Origin: Dehalococcoidia bacterium
GTDB taxonomy: Bacteria; Chloroflexota; Dehalococcoidia; Lucifugimonadales; UBA2962
DNA: 64,000 bases
Reading direction: 5' to 3'
Assembly (NCBI GenBank): GCA_965250195.1
Contig: OZ252295.1
Coordinates: 2,586,887-2,650,886 of the forward strand
Every line of letters starts with the position of its first letter. Position 1 is the first letter of the stretch. A program made the position numbers and the translations under genes. This document shows positions 28,665-36,811 of the stretch, piece by piece. Below the pieces are notes generated by a model, which worked only from the letters and a program-made list of their open reading frames with translations, did no database searches and was not told the origin of the DNA.

Positions 28665-28734
28665 GTCGCCCTTGCCGCGGCGAAAAGGGAGGCTGCGAAC
28701 ACTAAGCTCATGGAGGCATTCTAGATGGGAATCA

Positions 28735-28801
28735 TGGGCAGGAGGTTTGTGCGGCCGGTTACATCGTCGCTAAAGCCGCCGCCCTGTCTCAACCGGCGGG
28801 G
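28735..28801 (+). repeat. array repeat R1 (degenerate left half)
   Basis: ..GGTTACATCGTCGCTAAAGCCGCCGCCCTGTCTCAACCGGCGGGG. Confidence 0.6.
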
Positions 28802-28823
28802 TAACTTCGGCTACGGTGTACTG

Positions 28824-29348
28824 TCAGCAGCTCTCATTCGCGGTGCCTCCATCCGGCATCAATGTGTTGCACAGAATCGCCCCTTCCATGTCCGCGCCCC
28901 TCAAGTTCGTAAAGGAGAGGTTGGCGTTGGTCAGGTTTACGTTGCGTAGCACGGCGTCCTTAAAGTTGACGTTGTTCAGGTTGGCGTCCGTCAGATCTGC
29001 TCCGGTGAGGTCCGCACCTGTCAGGTCCGCGAGATAGAGATCGACGCCCTTCATGTTCGCCGACCGCAGGTTCGCCCCGGTCAGATCTAAGCCGTCATTT
29101 CGGTTATTCCCCAAGAACTCCGCTCCCAGGTCCACACCTTCCAGGTCGGCACCTTCACACTGAGCATTTGGCTCGATGGTGCAGTTGCCAGCAGCAGATT
29201 TGCGCTCGGCCTCAGCGGTGGCGAACACGGCCATGCTTTCTGCAACGACGGTGGGCGTCAGGACGTCGGAGGGCGATCCCGCACCAGACGCGCAGGCCAC
29301 CACTAGCATCGTCGCCAGCAGGGCCATCGTGGGAAACAGCTGTCGCAT
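28824..29348 (-). CDS. pentapeptide-repeat lipoprotein, paralog 3
   Basis: Start at MRQLFPTMALLATMLVVAC (lipobox), CEGADLEG, pentapeptide run, C-terminal CNTLMPDGGTANESC. Confidence 0.7.
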   Translation of the reverse strand: MRQLFPTMALLATMLVVACASGAGSPSDVLTPTVVAESMAVFATAEAERKSAAGNCTIEPNAQCEGADLEGVDLGAEFLGNNRNDGLDLTGANLRSANMKGVDLYLADLTGADLTGADLTDANLNNVNFKDAVLRNVNLTNANLSFTNLRGADMEGAILCNTLMPDGGTANESC

Positions 29349-29486
29349 GGGCGAAGTGTAGCTGGGATTATCGGCGAACGAATCGTGCTGGACCGCCAAA
29401 GCCGCGATAGTCGCCGCCAAAACCGACACGGCTTTTATTTTGGGAGTACGTGGCCTCGACTAAGGGCCACCCTGGCTTGACTGCAA

Positions 29487-30149
29487 TCAAGGGCTACGTT
29501 CAACAATGCGCGCGCTGATCCGTAAGGCCTCTGACCCGGCCAAATCTCGTTCCCTCGTCGCAACCTCGATGAAATTTTCGGCCGCATCATCGTTTCCCGC
29601 GCTCGCATGGGCCACTGCCTCTACGAAGGCTGCGGCTGATAAAGCCAGGTGATCGGTTTGTGCTATGAAGCCGGCCTTTATGTCATCCCAACCCGAGGGA
29701 GCATCGATTGCTTCGAAACCTCTCCTGACTTCCACCAACCGCGCTCCGAGGTCTTCCAGTGCCGATAACCAGCCGGGATCGTCGAGCTTCAATGAAAGGC
29801 TGCGCGTCCTCAGTTCTTGATTGATGTTGGCCCATTCACTAATCAGCGGCTGAACGCTGTTGAGGTAAACCGCTGAATCTGTCGAGTCGTTGGAATCCCC
29901 ACTGAGTACATTTGCCAAAACGGCAATGACGATCACAGAGGCGACAACCACCAACACGATCCAGGTCGCCCTTAGAAACCGGGGCTGCGTAGCGATCTCA
30001 AGGTCCTCAGAATCGGTCGGGAGGGCAACGTTTGTCTTTGCCGGTCGACATACGCGGGATGGTATATCTAACGGCCCCAGCTCACCGATGACCCCGAGTT
30101 CCTGCCCCCGCTCAACCCGTGACGGCCTGCTCCTGGGCGGACGGGGCAC
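29487..30149 (-). CDS. hypothetical membrane-anchored protein (start uncertain)
   Basis: One TM helix (WIVLVVVASVIVIAVLANVL) followed by a helical domain. The track start overlaps the cupin gene by 38 nt. Confidence 0.4.
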   Translation of the reverse strand: MPRPPRSRPSRVERGQELGVIGELGPLDIPSRVCRPAKTNVALPTDSEDLEIATQPRFLRATWIVLVVVASVIVIAVLANVLSGDSNDSTDSAVYLNSVQPLISEWANINQELRTRSLSLKLDDPGWLSALEDLGARLVEVRRGFEAIDAPSGWDDIKAGFIAQTDHLALSAAAFVEAVAHASAGNDDAAENFIEVATRERDLAGSEALRISARIVERSP

Positions 30150-30513
30150 CCCAAATGATGGTCAGCTTCAACGGGTCGTCGCCTGTGTTACGGAACCCAT
30201 GATCCACACCCGGAGGAATAAGTATGGCGTCACCGGCAGCCACCGGAACGTCTTCGTCACCGACCCACATCACACCCTTTCCGCTGATGAAGTAGTAGAT
30301 CTCCTCCAGGGTATCGTCTCCTTCATGGATGTGGCTCCCTTCGCTGACGCCAGGGTCCAATTCCCACGCTTGGAACTTGATCGGAAGCCTGCTTAACTCT
30401 TCAAAAAACCCACGTGTCTTTATCTCGCCGTCGCCTTCGTGGATGCTGTAGGTCGTGACGTCTGTTGAGTCGTTTTCTTTCCAGTAGTAATGCATATCGA
30501 TACGGTGGCCCAC
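30112..30513 (-). CDS. cupin-domain protein
   Basis: GSHIHEGDDTLEEIYYFISG..N..PPGVDHGFRN two-motif cupin signature. Confidence 0.75.
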   Translation of the reverse strand: MGHRIDMHYYWKENDSTDVTTYSIHEGDGEIKTRGFFEELSRLPIKFQAWELDPGVSEGSHIHEGDDTLEEIYYFISGKGVMWVGDEDVPVAAGDAILIPPGVDHGFRNTGDDPLKLTIIWGAPSAQEQAVTG

Positions 30514-30611
30514 CTCCGATTCCTGACCTACGTGTCATCTTAGCCCCGTGAGAGAGACGTAGGGTCCGGCAGCCGGCGTGGTCTGCGTCGCACGGGTTAC
30601 TTCCCGGCATC

Positions 30612-30669
30612 GGCTCAATTTCGTGCGCGCGGGTACGCGCCTCAACAAGGGGCCGCCCTGGCTCAACCG
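30612..30669 (+). repeat. array repeat R2
   Basis: GGCTCAATTTCGTGCGCGCGGGTACGCGCCTCAACAAGGGGCCGCCCTGGCTCAACCG. Confidence 0.7.
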
Positions 30670-30689
30670 ACCCTCGCCCGCGCGTGACC

Positions 30690-30856
30690 GCGCACACGCC
30701 CGCGCATTGGACCCCCTATCGCTCCCTGAAGCAGTCCTGGGCAACCTATGTATTTGTCGGGGGTCCTTGACGGGGCTTTACTGGGGTAATCCTGGGACAA
30801 ATGTGTGGTGGAGACGGGGGAGGGTCGAACTACTCCTGCAACACGGGCAGGAGTCC
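30690..30856. repeat. non-coding element X, copy A (ends with a tRNA-3'-end-like sequence and an 8-bp hairpin)
   Basis: Most of it recurs at 44694-44813 and 44933-45018. The minus strand of 30806-30832 reads TAGTTCGACCCTCCCCCGTCTCCACCA. Hairpin ACTCCTGC-N7-GCAGGAGT at 30832-30854. Confidence 0.6.
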
Positions 30857-31023
30857 ATGTAGTGGCGAAGTCAGTTTAGCCGTCGGCAACCTCGGGAACG
30901 GCCTCCGCCTGGCAGGCACGGAGGAGCGCCCCAGTTTCATATGCGGAAGGGGTTCAGACAATCATGCCCGGAGATTCGGGCTCTGTTGCCGCCTGTTGAA
31001 GGAATCGCTTTTTAGAGCTGTGG

Positions 31024-31524
31024 CTACCAGAACTTCCACCAAGGCACGGACTCTTCGACAACCAGGGAGTCGCCTGCGTCGGCTTCCGCCGGTAACGCAA
31101 CGCCGGGCATTGAGCGGAACACCTTGGGGTCCATCTCCGCCAGCAATGTCAACTGTGCGGTGTCGTAATTCATGGAGACGGTTTGGTCCATGATGGCGTG
31201 TCTCATCGCGATCTTACCCGGCATACCATCTATGACGGCCTGAAAATCGCCCGCAATCTGCTTGGCCTTGCCCTTGTCCATCGCTAGCCACGAGTTCAGT
31301 CTGGCCTTTGACATCTCGGCCATTACCTTGTCACCCATATCGAATTCCTCGGTGATGATGACGGTCATCTTGGCTTTCCGATCCACCTCGGTGTCCGAGA
31401 GCATGTTGGTGAACAGTTCAGCCATCTTCGCCGTCTTTTCTTCTTCAGAGAGCTCAACGAGCTTTTTCACATCTATCGGGGCTGCATCGGTAGATTCGGT
31501 CATGACTGCCTCCTGATGTTTCAC
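31024..31524 (-). CDS. hypothetical protein
   Basis: 166-aa ORF with coding-like composition and an acidic helical N-terminal half. No motif recognised. Confidence 0.45.
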   Translation of the reverse strand: MKHQEAVMTESTDAAPIDVKKLVELSEEEKTAKMAELFTNMLSDTEVDRKAKMTVIITEEFDMGDKVMAEMSKARLNSWLAMDKGKAKQIAGDFQAVIDGMPGKIAMRHAIMDQTVSMNYDTAQLTLLAEMDPKVFRSMPGVALPAEADAGDSLVVEESVPWWKFW

Positions 31525-31688
31525 CTGGCGCCCTGAAACTGATCGGGACGAATTGGGTCGATGCTATCACGCACGTTGATGCCATCCCACAGTGACGGCA
31601 CTGATCCAAGAGGGAGTCCTTTTGGAGCGGCCGAATTCGAGGCTCCGGTAGGTTCAGCCGGTGGCCCACCCTTTTGGAGCCCCCAAAT

Positions 31689-31753
31689 AGCTCAGTTTCC
31701 CGCGCGGGGGCACTCAATCCCTAGGACAGGCCGCCCCGCCTCAATCGGCGGGG
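31689..31753 (+). repeat. array repeat R3
   Basis: AGCTCAGTTTCCCGCGCGGGGGCACTCAATCCCTAGGACAGGCCGCCCCGCCTCAATCGGCGGGG. Here the 3' hairpin is 8 bp (GCCCCGCC/GGCGGGGC). Confidence 0.8.
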
Positions 31754-31800
31754 CTACCGGCGCGCGCAGTCGCTGGATGGATCGTCAGACCGGGCTTGGG

Positions 31801-31917
31801 TCAGCGGCGGGGACGGCGAAGGTTTGACCTCCCTGGGAGGGGCTGAGACATGCGCTTGGACCCACCGCCAAACATCGCACTCAACACCCAACGGATGATG
31901 CTGAAGAACCTTTGCAT
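31801..31917 (-). CDS. possible 38-aa small protein
   Basis: Own translation: MQRFFSIIRWVLSAMFGGGSKRMSQPLPGRSNLRRPRR. AAGGAGG sits 7 nt upstream of the ATG. It is the only ORF in the 280-nt module between R3 and R4. Confidence 0.3.
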   Translation of the reverse strand: MQRFFSIIRWVLSAMFGGGSKRMSQPLPGRSNLRRPRR

Positions 31918-32039
31918 TTTTCCGTCCTCCTTAACGATCTCCGGTTCACAATCATATCGCTAGTCTAGAGATGACCTTGAGGGCACGAGGGGACGAGGTG
32001 CTCATCTTTCGGCCCACCTGCTAGTGCTGACCGGGGACG

Positions 32040-32102
32040 AGCCCAGTTTCCCGCGAGCAGCCACATAGCCTCTAAGAGGGGCCGCCCCACCTCAACCGAC
32101 GG
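32040..32102 (+). repeat. array repeat R4
   Basis: AGCCCAGTTTCCCGCGAGCAGCCACATAGCCTCTAAGAGGGGCCGCCCCACCTCAACCGACGG. Confidence 0.8.
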
Positions 32103-32115
32103 ATTAGTGCCTCTC

Positions 32116-32340
32116 CTAGCCGGATGGGCTTTGTGGCCGTAGGCGCGGTCGGACTCTCCTCGTAAATGCCAATCGAAATCCAAACACCTTGAGCCCAGCA
32201 AAATTCGAATCACACTCGTTGCAGGCGAAACTGTTAACCATCGCTCGAACGGTCTTTAGGACATGGTGAGATCCACATGCCGGACAAGACCGACGATGAG
32301 ATGCCGCGGCAACAACTAACGGGCAGATCAACCTGAGCAT
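32116..32340 (-). CDS. possible small zinc-ribbon protein
   Basis: Internal ATG of ORF 32116..32517: MLRLICPLVV..SCPACGSHHVLKTVRAMVNSFACNECDSNF (CxxC..N17..CxxC). The upstream part of the track ORF is just a translation of repeat R5. Confidence 0.35.
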   Translation of the reverse strand: MLRLICPLVVAAASHRRSCPACGSHHVLKTVRAMVNSFACNECDSNFAGLKVFGFRLAFTRRVRPRLRPQSPSG

Positions 32341-32400
32341 TTCGGCTTGATCGCATCGAGCGTTACTCACGAAGTTCTCACCGAGGAGATATCTGTAACC

Positions 32401-32443
32401 CCGCATAGCCCCCGGCAGCCGCCGCCCTGGCTCAACCGGCGGG
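32401..32443 (+). repeat. array repeat R5 (right part only)
   Basis: CCGCATAGCCCCCGGCAGCCGCCGCCCTGGCTCAACCGGCGGG. Confidence 0.65.
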
Positions 32444-32473
32444 AGGAACTGGTCCCTCTGTTTCTGCCAAGTC

Positions 32474-33583
32474 CTAGTTGTGGCAGCCTCGCGAGGGTAT
32501 GGAGATGACCTCTTCAACCACCCCGTTCCGCACGGCGATGAAGTTGTCGTACCGGTTGACAGTCAGGTCTTGCTGCGAGCTGCGCATCTGAAACTGGTCG
32601 CCGACCTTCAGAGGCATCTCGCCTTCGGAATTAAGCACACACAACTCGTCGCCCAGTGAGACGAACTTAACGCCGGGCACACCCTCCACCTCCGGGTCGT
32701 GTTTGCTGAGGCTGCTACCGATCGCTCGGTATCCGACATCACCGATGGCTATGCCGGGCCTGGGGGTGCTGACCACCGTACCCAGCACCTTTCCAGCATA
32801 CTGAAAGTGGCTCTCCATATAGGGCATCGAAGTGCTCATCAACGCGTACGACCCACCCTCGACGTCGGTGATTCCGGGCACCTGCGCCGCCATGTCATAC
32901 GAGTAGGTCTCTCCCGCGGAAACCATCTCCACTTCGATGCCCTCGGCCCGGATCGCCTCGGCCAGGTCCATGGTCTGACGGTAGTACTTGATGGCGTTGG
33001 AGATGCGCTCCTCTTCATCCTTTGGGGCGACGCGCACGGCCGAATGGCTCATGACCCCCATAAATTTTATCCCGGGCATTCCGCTCGCCACCCGGGCGAG
33101 GTGAACACCTGCTTCTACGCTACGGACGCCCGCCCTCCCCATGTTGGTGTCCACCTCAACTGATACACCTACAATCGATCCTTGCTGGCAGGCGATCCTG
33201 GAGATGTCACGCAGATTCTCCTCGCTGTCGATACCTATGGTGACGGTGGCTCGCTTGGCTAGAGCCGCGACGCGCGCGATCTTGTCGTCGGTCACGATCT
33301 CGTTGGCTATCAGCACGTCTGGGATGCCGCTCTCCACCATCACTTCCGCCTCTGCTACTTTGGCGGTACAGACGCCGCCCATCGAGCCTCCCGCCCGGAT
33401 CTGCATGTGAGCCAGCAGCGGGCTCTTTATGTTCTTGGTGTGCTCTCTGATCTTGACGTCGGTGTCTCTGTAAGTGTCGGCGATGTGCTGGAAATTGTGC
33501 TCCAGGGCGTCCATATCTAAGAGAAGGCACGGGGTATCCAACTCTCCGATCGGGGTGCCTACCGGTGGTCTGTATTGGTCCAT
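32474..33583 (-). CDS. PLP enzyme of the alanine-racemase-N fold (D-serine dehydratase/D-threonine aldolase-like, DSD1 family)
   Basis: Start at MDQYRPPVGTPIGELDTPCLLLD. PLP-lysine region REHTKNIKS. C-terminal beta-domain. Confidence 0.65.
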   Translation of the reverse strand: MDQYRPPVGTPIGELDTPCLLLDMDALEHNFQHIADTYRDTDVKIREHTKNIKSPLLAHMQIRAGGSMGGVCTAKVAEAEVMVESGIPDVLIANEIVTDDKIARVAALAKRATVTIGIDSEENLRDISRIACQQGSIVGVSVEVDTNMGRAGVRSVEAGVHLARVASGMPGIKFMGVMSHSAVRVAPKDEEERISNAIKYYRQTMDLAEAIRAEGIEVEMVSAGETYSYDMAAQVPGITDVEGGSYALMSTSMPYMESHFQYAGKVLGTVVSTPRPGIAIGDVGYRAIGSSLSKHDPEVEGVPGVKFVSLGDELCVLNSEGEMPLKVGDQFQMRSSQQDLTVNRYDNFIAVRNGVVEEVISIPSRGCHN

Positions 33584-33695
33584 CAGGTCTCCAGCGTTTC
33601 CTTGCGATACATGCCGCGCGCAACGACGTTGAGTACGCCCTCCGGTCATGATTCTGACCTTTCGCGGCAAACCACATTCTAGTCTGCGAGTTTCT

Positions 33696-33759
33696 GCGCA
33701 GTTTCCCGCGAGGAGGTACATAGCCCCTAAGAGGGGCCGCCAAGGCTCAACCGGCGGGG
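33696..33759 (+). repeat. array repeat R6
   Basis: GCGCAGTTTCCCGCGAGGAGGTACATAGCCCCTAAGAGGGGCCGCCAAGGCTCAACCGGCGGGG. Confidence 0.85.
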
Positions 33760-33777
33760 CCGCCCCGGCAACTGTAT

Positions 33778-34065
33778 TTAACTGTCGGCAAATTCGATGG
33801 TGTAGTTACCTTCTGTGAGGCTCAGGGTGCAAAGTTGGCTACCATTTTCCACGCTGATGCCGCCCCGCTCGGCCAACATTCGCCCGGTTGAGGTTGAGTA
33901 AAAGCCGATTACCCAGACTCTTTTGGTGATAATCGTGGGCGGCACCAGCCGCGTGCCGGTTCCACCATTGGGGGGCACATCCCTCTCATAATGAGCAGGC
34001 CAGGCGTCGCAATGGGCTACGGTTGCTTCGTTCGGTTTGTTCAGGAAATGTATGCCGTAAGCCAA
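33778..34065 (-). CDS. hypothetical protein
   Basis: 95-aa ORF with no motif. Confidence 0.4.
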   Translation of the reverse strand: MAYGIHFLNKPNEATVAHCDAWPAHYERDVPPNGGTGTRLVPPTIITKRVWVIGFYSTSTGRMLAERGGISVENGSQLCTLSLTEGNYTIEFADS

Positions 34066-34130
34066 TGATTCTTCCTTTATCAGCGGTGACCTGGCCGCCG
34101 TGGCTCACGGCGGGGGTGAAACGAACGCTG

Positions 34131-34853
34131 CTATGCCCTCGCGATAGATAGCAGGTGCTGAACCAACCCTTCCGGCATCGAAAGAGCGGGCGAGTGGTCG
34201 GTGTCCAGGGTCAGCACCTCCTCGCACGGCGAGGCGGCAACCATCGCCCTCTGAATGCCGGGCAGAATCAGCCCGTCCCGTTCGCATCCGATGTAGTAGC
34301 GGGGAACTCTCCCATATCTGTCGGCCGACAACGAGACCGGCTCCGCCAGGACGGCGATCGGCTGGGGACCAAGTCGAGCCATCGCCCAATCGGCGTCCTC
34401 CTCCGAGGAGGCCCCGTACAGGGCTCTCCTTGCTCCTTCCCCCTGGACGACGGTGCTGTAAACGCCGTCGTCGGACACCGTCATGTACGGAGCGAAGAAC
34501 TCGTAGCGCTCCGCCAGCCACTCTTCCCCATTTTCTCCGTCCCTGAGGAGGCCCGCACTGACATACACGAGGGCACGTACCGTTACCGGACACCTTTCCG
34601 CCGCCTGGGAAATGGTGTTGCCTCCCAGGCTGTGGCCAACCAGGATGACCGGCTCAGACTGGGCCGAGGTCTGCTGGCAGGTGCGCTCTACATATGCATC
34701 GAGCGTCACCAGTTCCAGAGGAGTTTCATCCTCGCCTTGGCCCGGAAGATCGAACGCCACAGCACGGTGCCCGGCGGCCTCTAGCAGAGGTACAACGTGA
34801 TCCCAAGCCCATGAGCCATGCCATGCTCCGTGTACCAGGACGAACGTGGCCAT
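34131..34853 (-). CDS. alpha/beta hydrolase (methylesterase/SABP2-like)
   Basis: ATG 34853 after AGGAGG: MATFVLVHGAWHGSWAW. GHSLGG nucleophile elbow. C-terminal DHSP. The longer track ORF N-terminus is a translation of repeat R7. Confidence 0.75.
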   Translation of the reverse strand: MATFVLVHGAWHGSWAWDHVVPLLEAAGHRAVAFDLPGQGEDETPLELVTLDAYVERTCQQTSAQSEPVILVGHSLGGNTISQAAERCPVTVRALVYVSAGLLRDGENGEEWLAERYEFFAPYMTVSDDGVYSTVVQGEGARRALYGASSEEDADWAMARLGPQPIAVLAEPVSLSADRYGRVPRYYIGCERDGLILPGIQRAMVAASPCEEVLTLDTDHSPALSMPEGLVQHLLSIARA

Positions 34854-34896
34854 GCTGAGGACCTCCTGCCGTGTTCCAAGCGAATCATCGCACACC

Positions 34897-34942
34897 GGCA
34901 GTTGGCCGCCCATCAACCGCCGCCCTGGCTCAACCGGCGGGG
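34897..34942 (+). repeat. array repeat R7 (rearranged left half)
   Basis: GGCAGTTGGCCGCCCATCAACCGCCGCCCTGGCTCAACCGGCGGGG. Confidence 0.65.
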
Positions 34943-34987
34943 TATCGGACGAGTAGCTCTTAGCGGCACGCATCGTACGTCCAGGCC

Positions 34988-35914
34988 GTGGCCCTATACT
35001 TGTCGGCTATGGACTGGATAATGGCCTCCCTCGGCACAGCAGTCGGGTTTGCCGCCGTCAACGTTCTGGACAAGATAATCCTGGAGCGACACGTCGCCTC
35101 AGTCCCAGTCTTCATCGTCTTCGCCGGCCTTATGCAGCTCCCCAGCGGGATCGTGGCACTGGCGTTCGTGGCCTTTCCGGGCTACCCAGTCGAGACCTGG
35201 CTGCTGGCAATCGGGTCGGGAGGCGGACTCGGCCTCTCCCTGGTGCTTATGTTCTTCGTTTTGCGGCGACAGGACGTCTCGCTTGTAACCGCCGTTTTCC
35301 AGACCGCCCCGGTTTTCGTGGCCATCTTTGCCGTCGTCTTCCTGTCCGATCATCTCTCCGCCTGGCAATGGGTCGCCATCTTCCTCACCGTGGCCGGGGC
35401 GGTCCTGATCTCATTGCGACGCACCGCAGGGGCCCGCAGGCCCACCCTGGGTCTCTGGTTCTTCCTCATGTTGGGCTCTAGCGCCATGCTTGCCGCCGGC
35501 CTGATCCTCTCAAAGGCGGCTCTCGACGACGGCATGTCACTGTGGAATCTCCATACGGTGCGCAGCATAGCGATGGCGACCGCGATGGTGTTGCCGATGA
35601 TCCGGCGGAACACTTTCCCAGAGCTAAAGATGCTCATGCGCAACACCACCGGCCTGTCTCTTTTCGTGTTTACAGAAGGAGGCCTCGCATTCGCCTCGTT
35701 TTACCTGACCACGCTGGCCTTCCAACTAGGCCCGGTGGCTCTTGCCACCACGGTAATGGCGTCCAGGCCGTTGTTCGCGTTCCTGATCGGAGTTCTCCTC
35801 AGCCTGGGAGTGCTAAAGGTCCTCTCCGAGCCTCTCGACCGTGGTTCGCTCGTCCAACGAGGGGCCGCGATCGCCATGATCGTCGCCGGTATATCAGCTA
35901 TTTCCCTTTTATGA
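34988..35914 (+). CDS. EamA/DMT-family transporter
   Basis: About 10 TM segments in two EamA-like halves. Length 308 aa. Exact start uncertain. Confidence 0.65.
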   Translation: MALYLSAMDWIMASLGTAVGFAAVNVLDKIILERHVASVPVFIVFAGLMQLPSGIVALAFVAFPGYPVETWLLAIGSGGGLGLSLVLMFFVLRRQDVSLVTAVFQTAPVFVAIFAVVFLSDHLSAWQWVAIFLTVAGAVLISLRRTAGARRPTLGLWFFLMLGSSAMLAAGLILSKAALDDGMSLWNLHTVRSIAMATAMVLPMIRRNTFPELKMLMRNTTGLSLFVFTEGGLAFASFYLTTLAFQLGPVALATTVMASRPLFAFLIGVLLSLGVLKVLSEPLDRGSLVQRGAAIAMIVAGISAISLL

Positions 35915-35927
35915 GGGTCGCATGTCT

Positions 35928-35993
35928 AAGCTCAGTTTCCCGGGCGGGGTCACATAGCTCTTAGAAGGGCCCGCCCTGGCTCAACCGGCGGGG
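35928..35993 (+). repeat. array repeat R8
   Basis: AGCTCAGTTTCCCGGGCGGGGTCACATAGCTCTTAGAAGGGCCCGCCCTGGCTCAACCGGCGGGGG. Confidence 0.85.
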
Positions 35994-36253
35994 GCTCTAC
36001 GGCACTGGAAGCACCGCCTCACAGGTGCCTGGCGGCGGCCAGCACTAACGGTGGCTCGCCAAATCCCCTTGATTGTCAAAAACTACCGCAACCAATAATG
36101 CCCTGGAGAACGGGGCGGACATTGCCAAGACCCCAGGGATGATTGGGCCATGCTAACGTGTCCACCGCCTGGCTCTATGACCGGGGAAAATCAAAACCCG
36201 AAGATTGCCCAACCTTCAAAGTGAAGTATTAGCTTCTGTAACTAAGGCGAGGA

Positions 36254-36529
36254 ATGAGTCAAGAACCTAACCGTACTAATCAACAACTAAGCGTCTGGAT
36301 GGCCATTGGCATAAGTGTCGGCGTCGCCCTAGGGGCCGTGTTTGACAACGTTGGCTTGGGCATTGCCCTTGGCGTCGCGATAGGGGCAGGGTTGGGATCG
36401 GCCTTTAGCGCGAGAATGCAAAGCAAGTCAGCTGAACCTGCCCGCTTTTTAGTTCTTGCGGGTAGGTTCGGCGGTTGGTTTGTAGCGGCGGCAGGAATCG
36501 TAGGTGTGGTACTCCTAATTGTTGATTGA
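36254..36529 (+). CDS. small membrane protein (glycine-zipper-like)
   Basis: 91 aa. GxxxG-rich helices (IGISVGVALGAVF, LGIALGVAIGAGLGSAF). Confidence 0.45.
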   Translation: MSQEPNRTNQQLSVWMAIGISVGVALGAVFDNVGLGIALGVAIGAGLGSAFSARMQSKSAEPARFLVLAGRFGGWFVAAAGIVGVVLLIVD

Positions 36530-36583
36530 AATGGTCCTGAGCAAGTACATCCAGGCCACGCATAATCAGGCGTTCAGGAAGCT

Positions 36584-36622
36584 TCACAGCCCCTAAGAGA
36601 GGCCGCCCTGGCTCAACCGGCG
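36584..36622 (+). repeat. array repeat R9 (right part)
   Basis: TCACAGCCCCTAAGAGAGGCCGCCCTGGCTCAACCGGCG. Confidence 0.7.
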
Positions 36623-36653
36623 AGCCAAGGGAGTACTACCCATTCACTAGACA

Positions 36654-36800
36654 ATCCTGAAATCCTTTTTCCCTATCCCTGGGCAGGAGGACCCGTATCC
36701 GCTGGTGTCCAAATCTTCGAGGGGGTGTGCCGTATCTGCTAAGGTGCCGTCACACTCAAATGCCAATAAATAGGCTTAGGTCGGCTACTCAACCGGCGGG
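36654..36800 (+). repeat. array repeat R9b, split copy
   Basis: The left arm ATCCTGAAATCCTTTTTCCCTATCCCTGGGCAGGAGG matches the left arm of R10. The right arm CTCAACCGGCGGG (36788-36800) supplies the GGGAGG Shine-Dalgarno sequence for the ATG at 36812. Confidence 0.5.
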
Positions 36801-36811
36801 AGGTATTACCT

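Noticed and set aside
28665-28735. A direct repeat of the tRNA-Thr 3' end marking the left island boundary (attL/attR pair).
   Set aside because: Only a weak resemblance (GAGGCTGCGAAC versus GAGCGGACTCGAAC). This is not enough to call an att site.
30112-30149. The 38-nt overlap of hypothetical ORF 29487..30149 with the cupin gene as a programmed feature.
   Set aside because: It more likely reflects an over-extended start of the downstream ORF. No slippery sequence or conserved motif lies in the overlap.
30765-30797. A sigma70-type promoter in element X (TTGACG ... TAATCC / AATCCT).
   Set aside because: The spacer is only 14-15 nt and the -10 box is weak. I keep it only as one possible reading within the element X finding.
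30806-30960. Element X copy A as a functional tRNA, tRNA-Sec (selC) or tmRNA on the minus strand.
   Set aside because: The ends of a 101-nt candidate (GGAGGCC...CGTCTCC-A-CCA) partly pair. However, the T-stem does not pair (GGAG-TA-G versus CTCCC, with one extra nt before the acceptor). No anticodon stem-loop with U33 and UCA can be drawn, and copy B lacks the CCA. It is at best a decayed tRNA 3' fragment.
34854-34973. N-terminal extensions of ORFs 34131..34973 and 32116..32517, plus ORF 30801..31193, 31965..32213 and 44208..44735.
   Set aside because: The extensions translate the array repeat itself (the recurring PPVEPGRRL peptide) or element X. The real starts lie downstream and have Shine-Dalgarno sequences.
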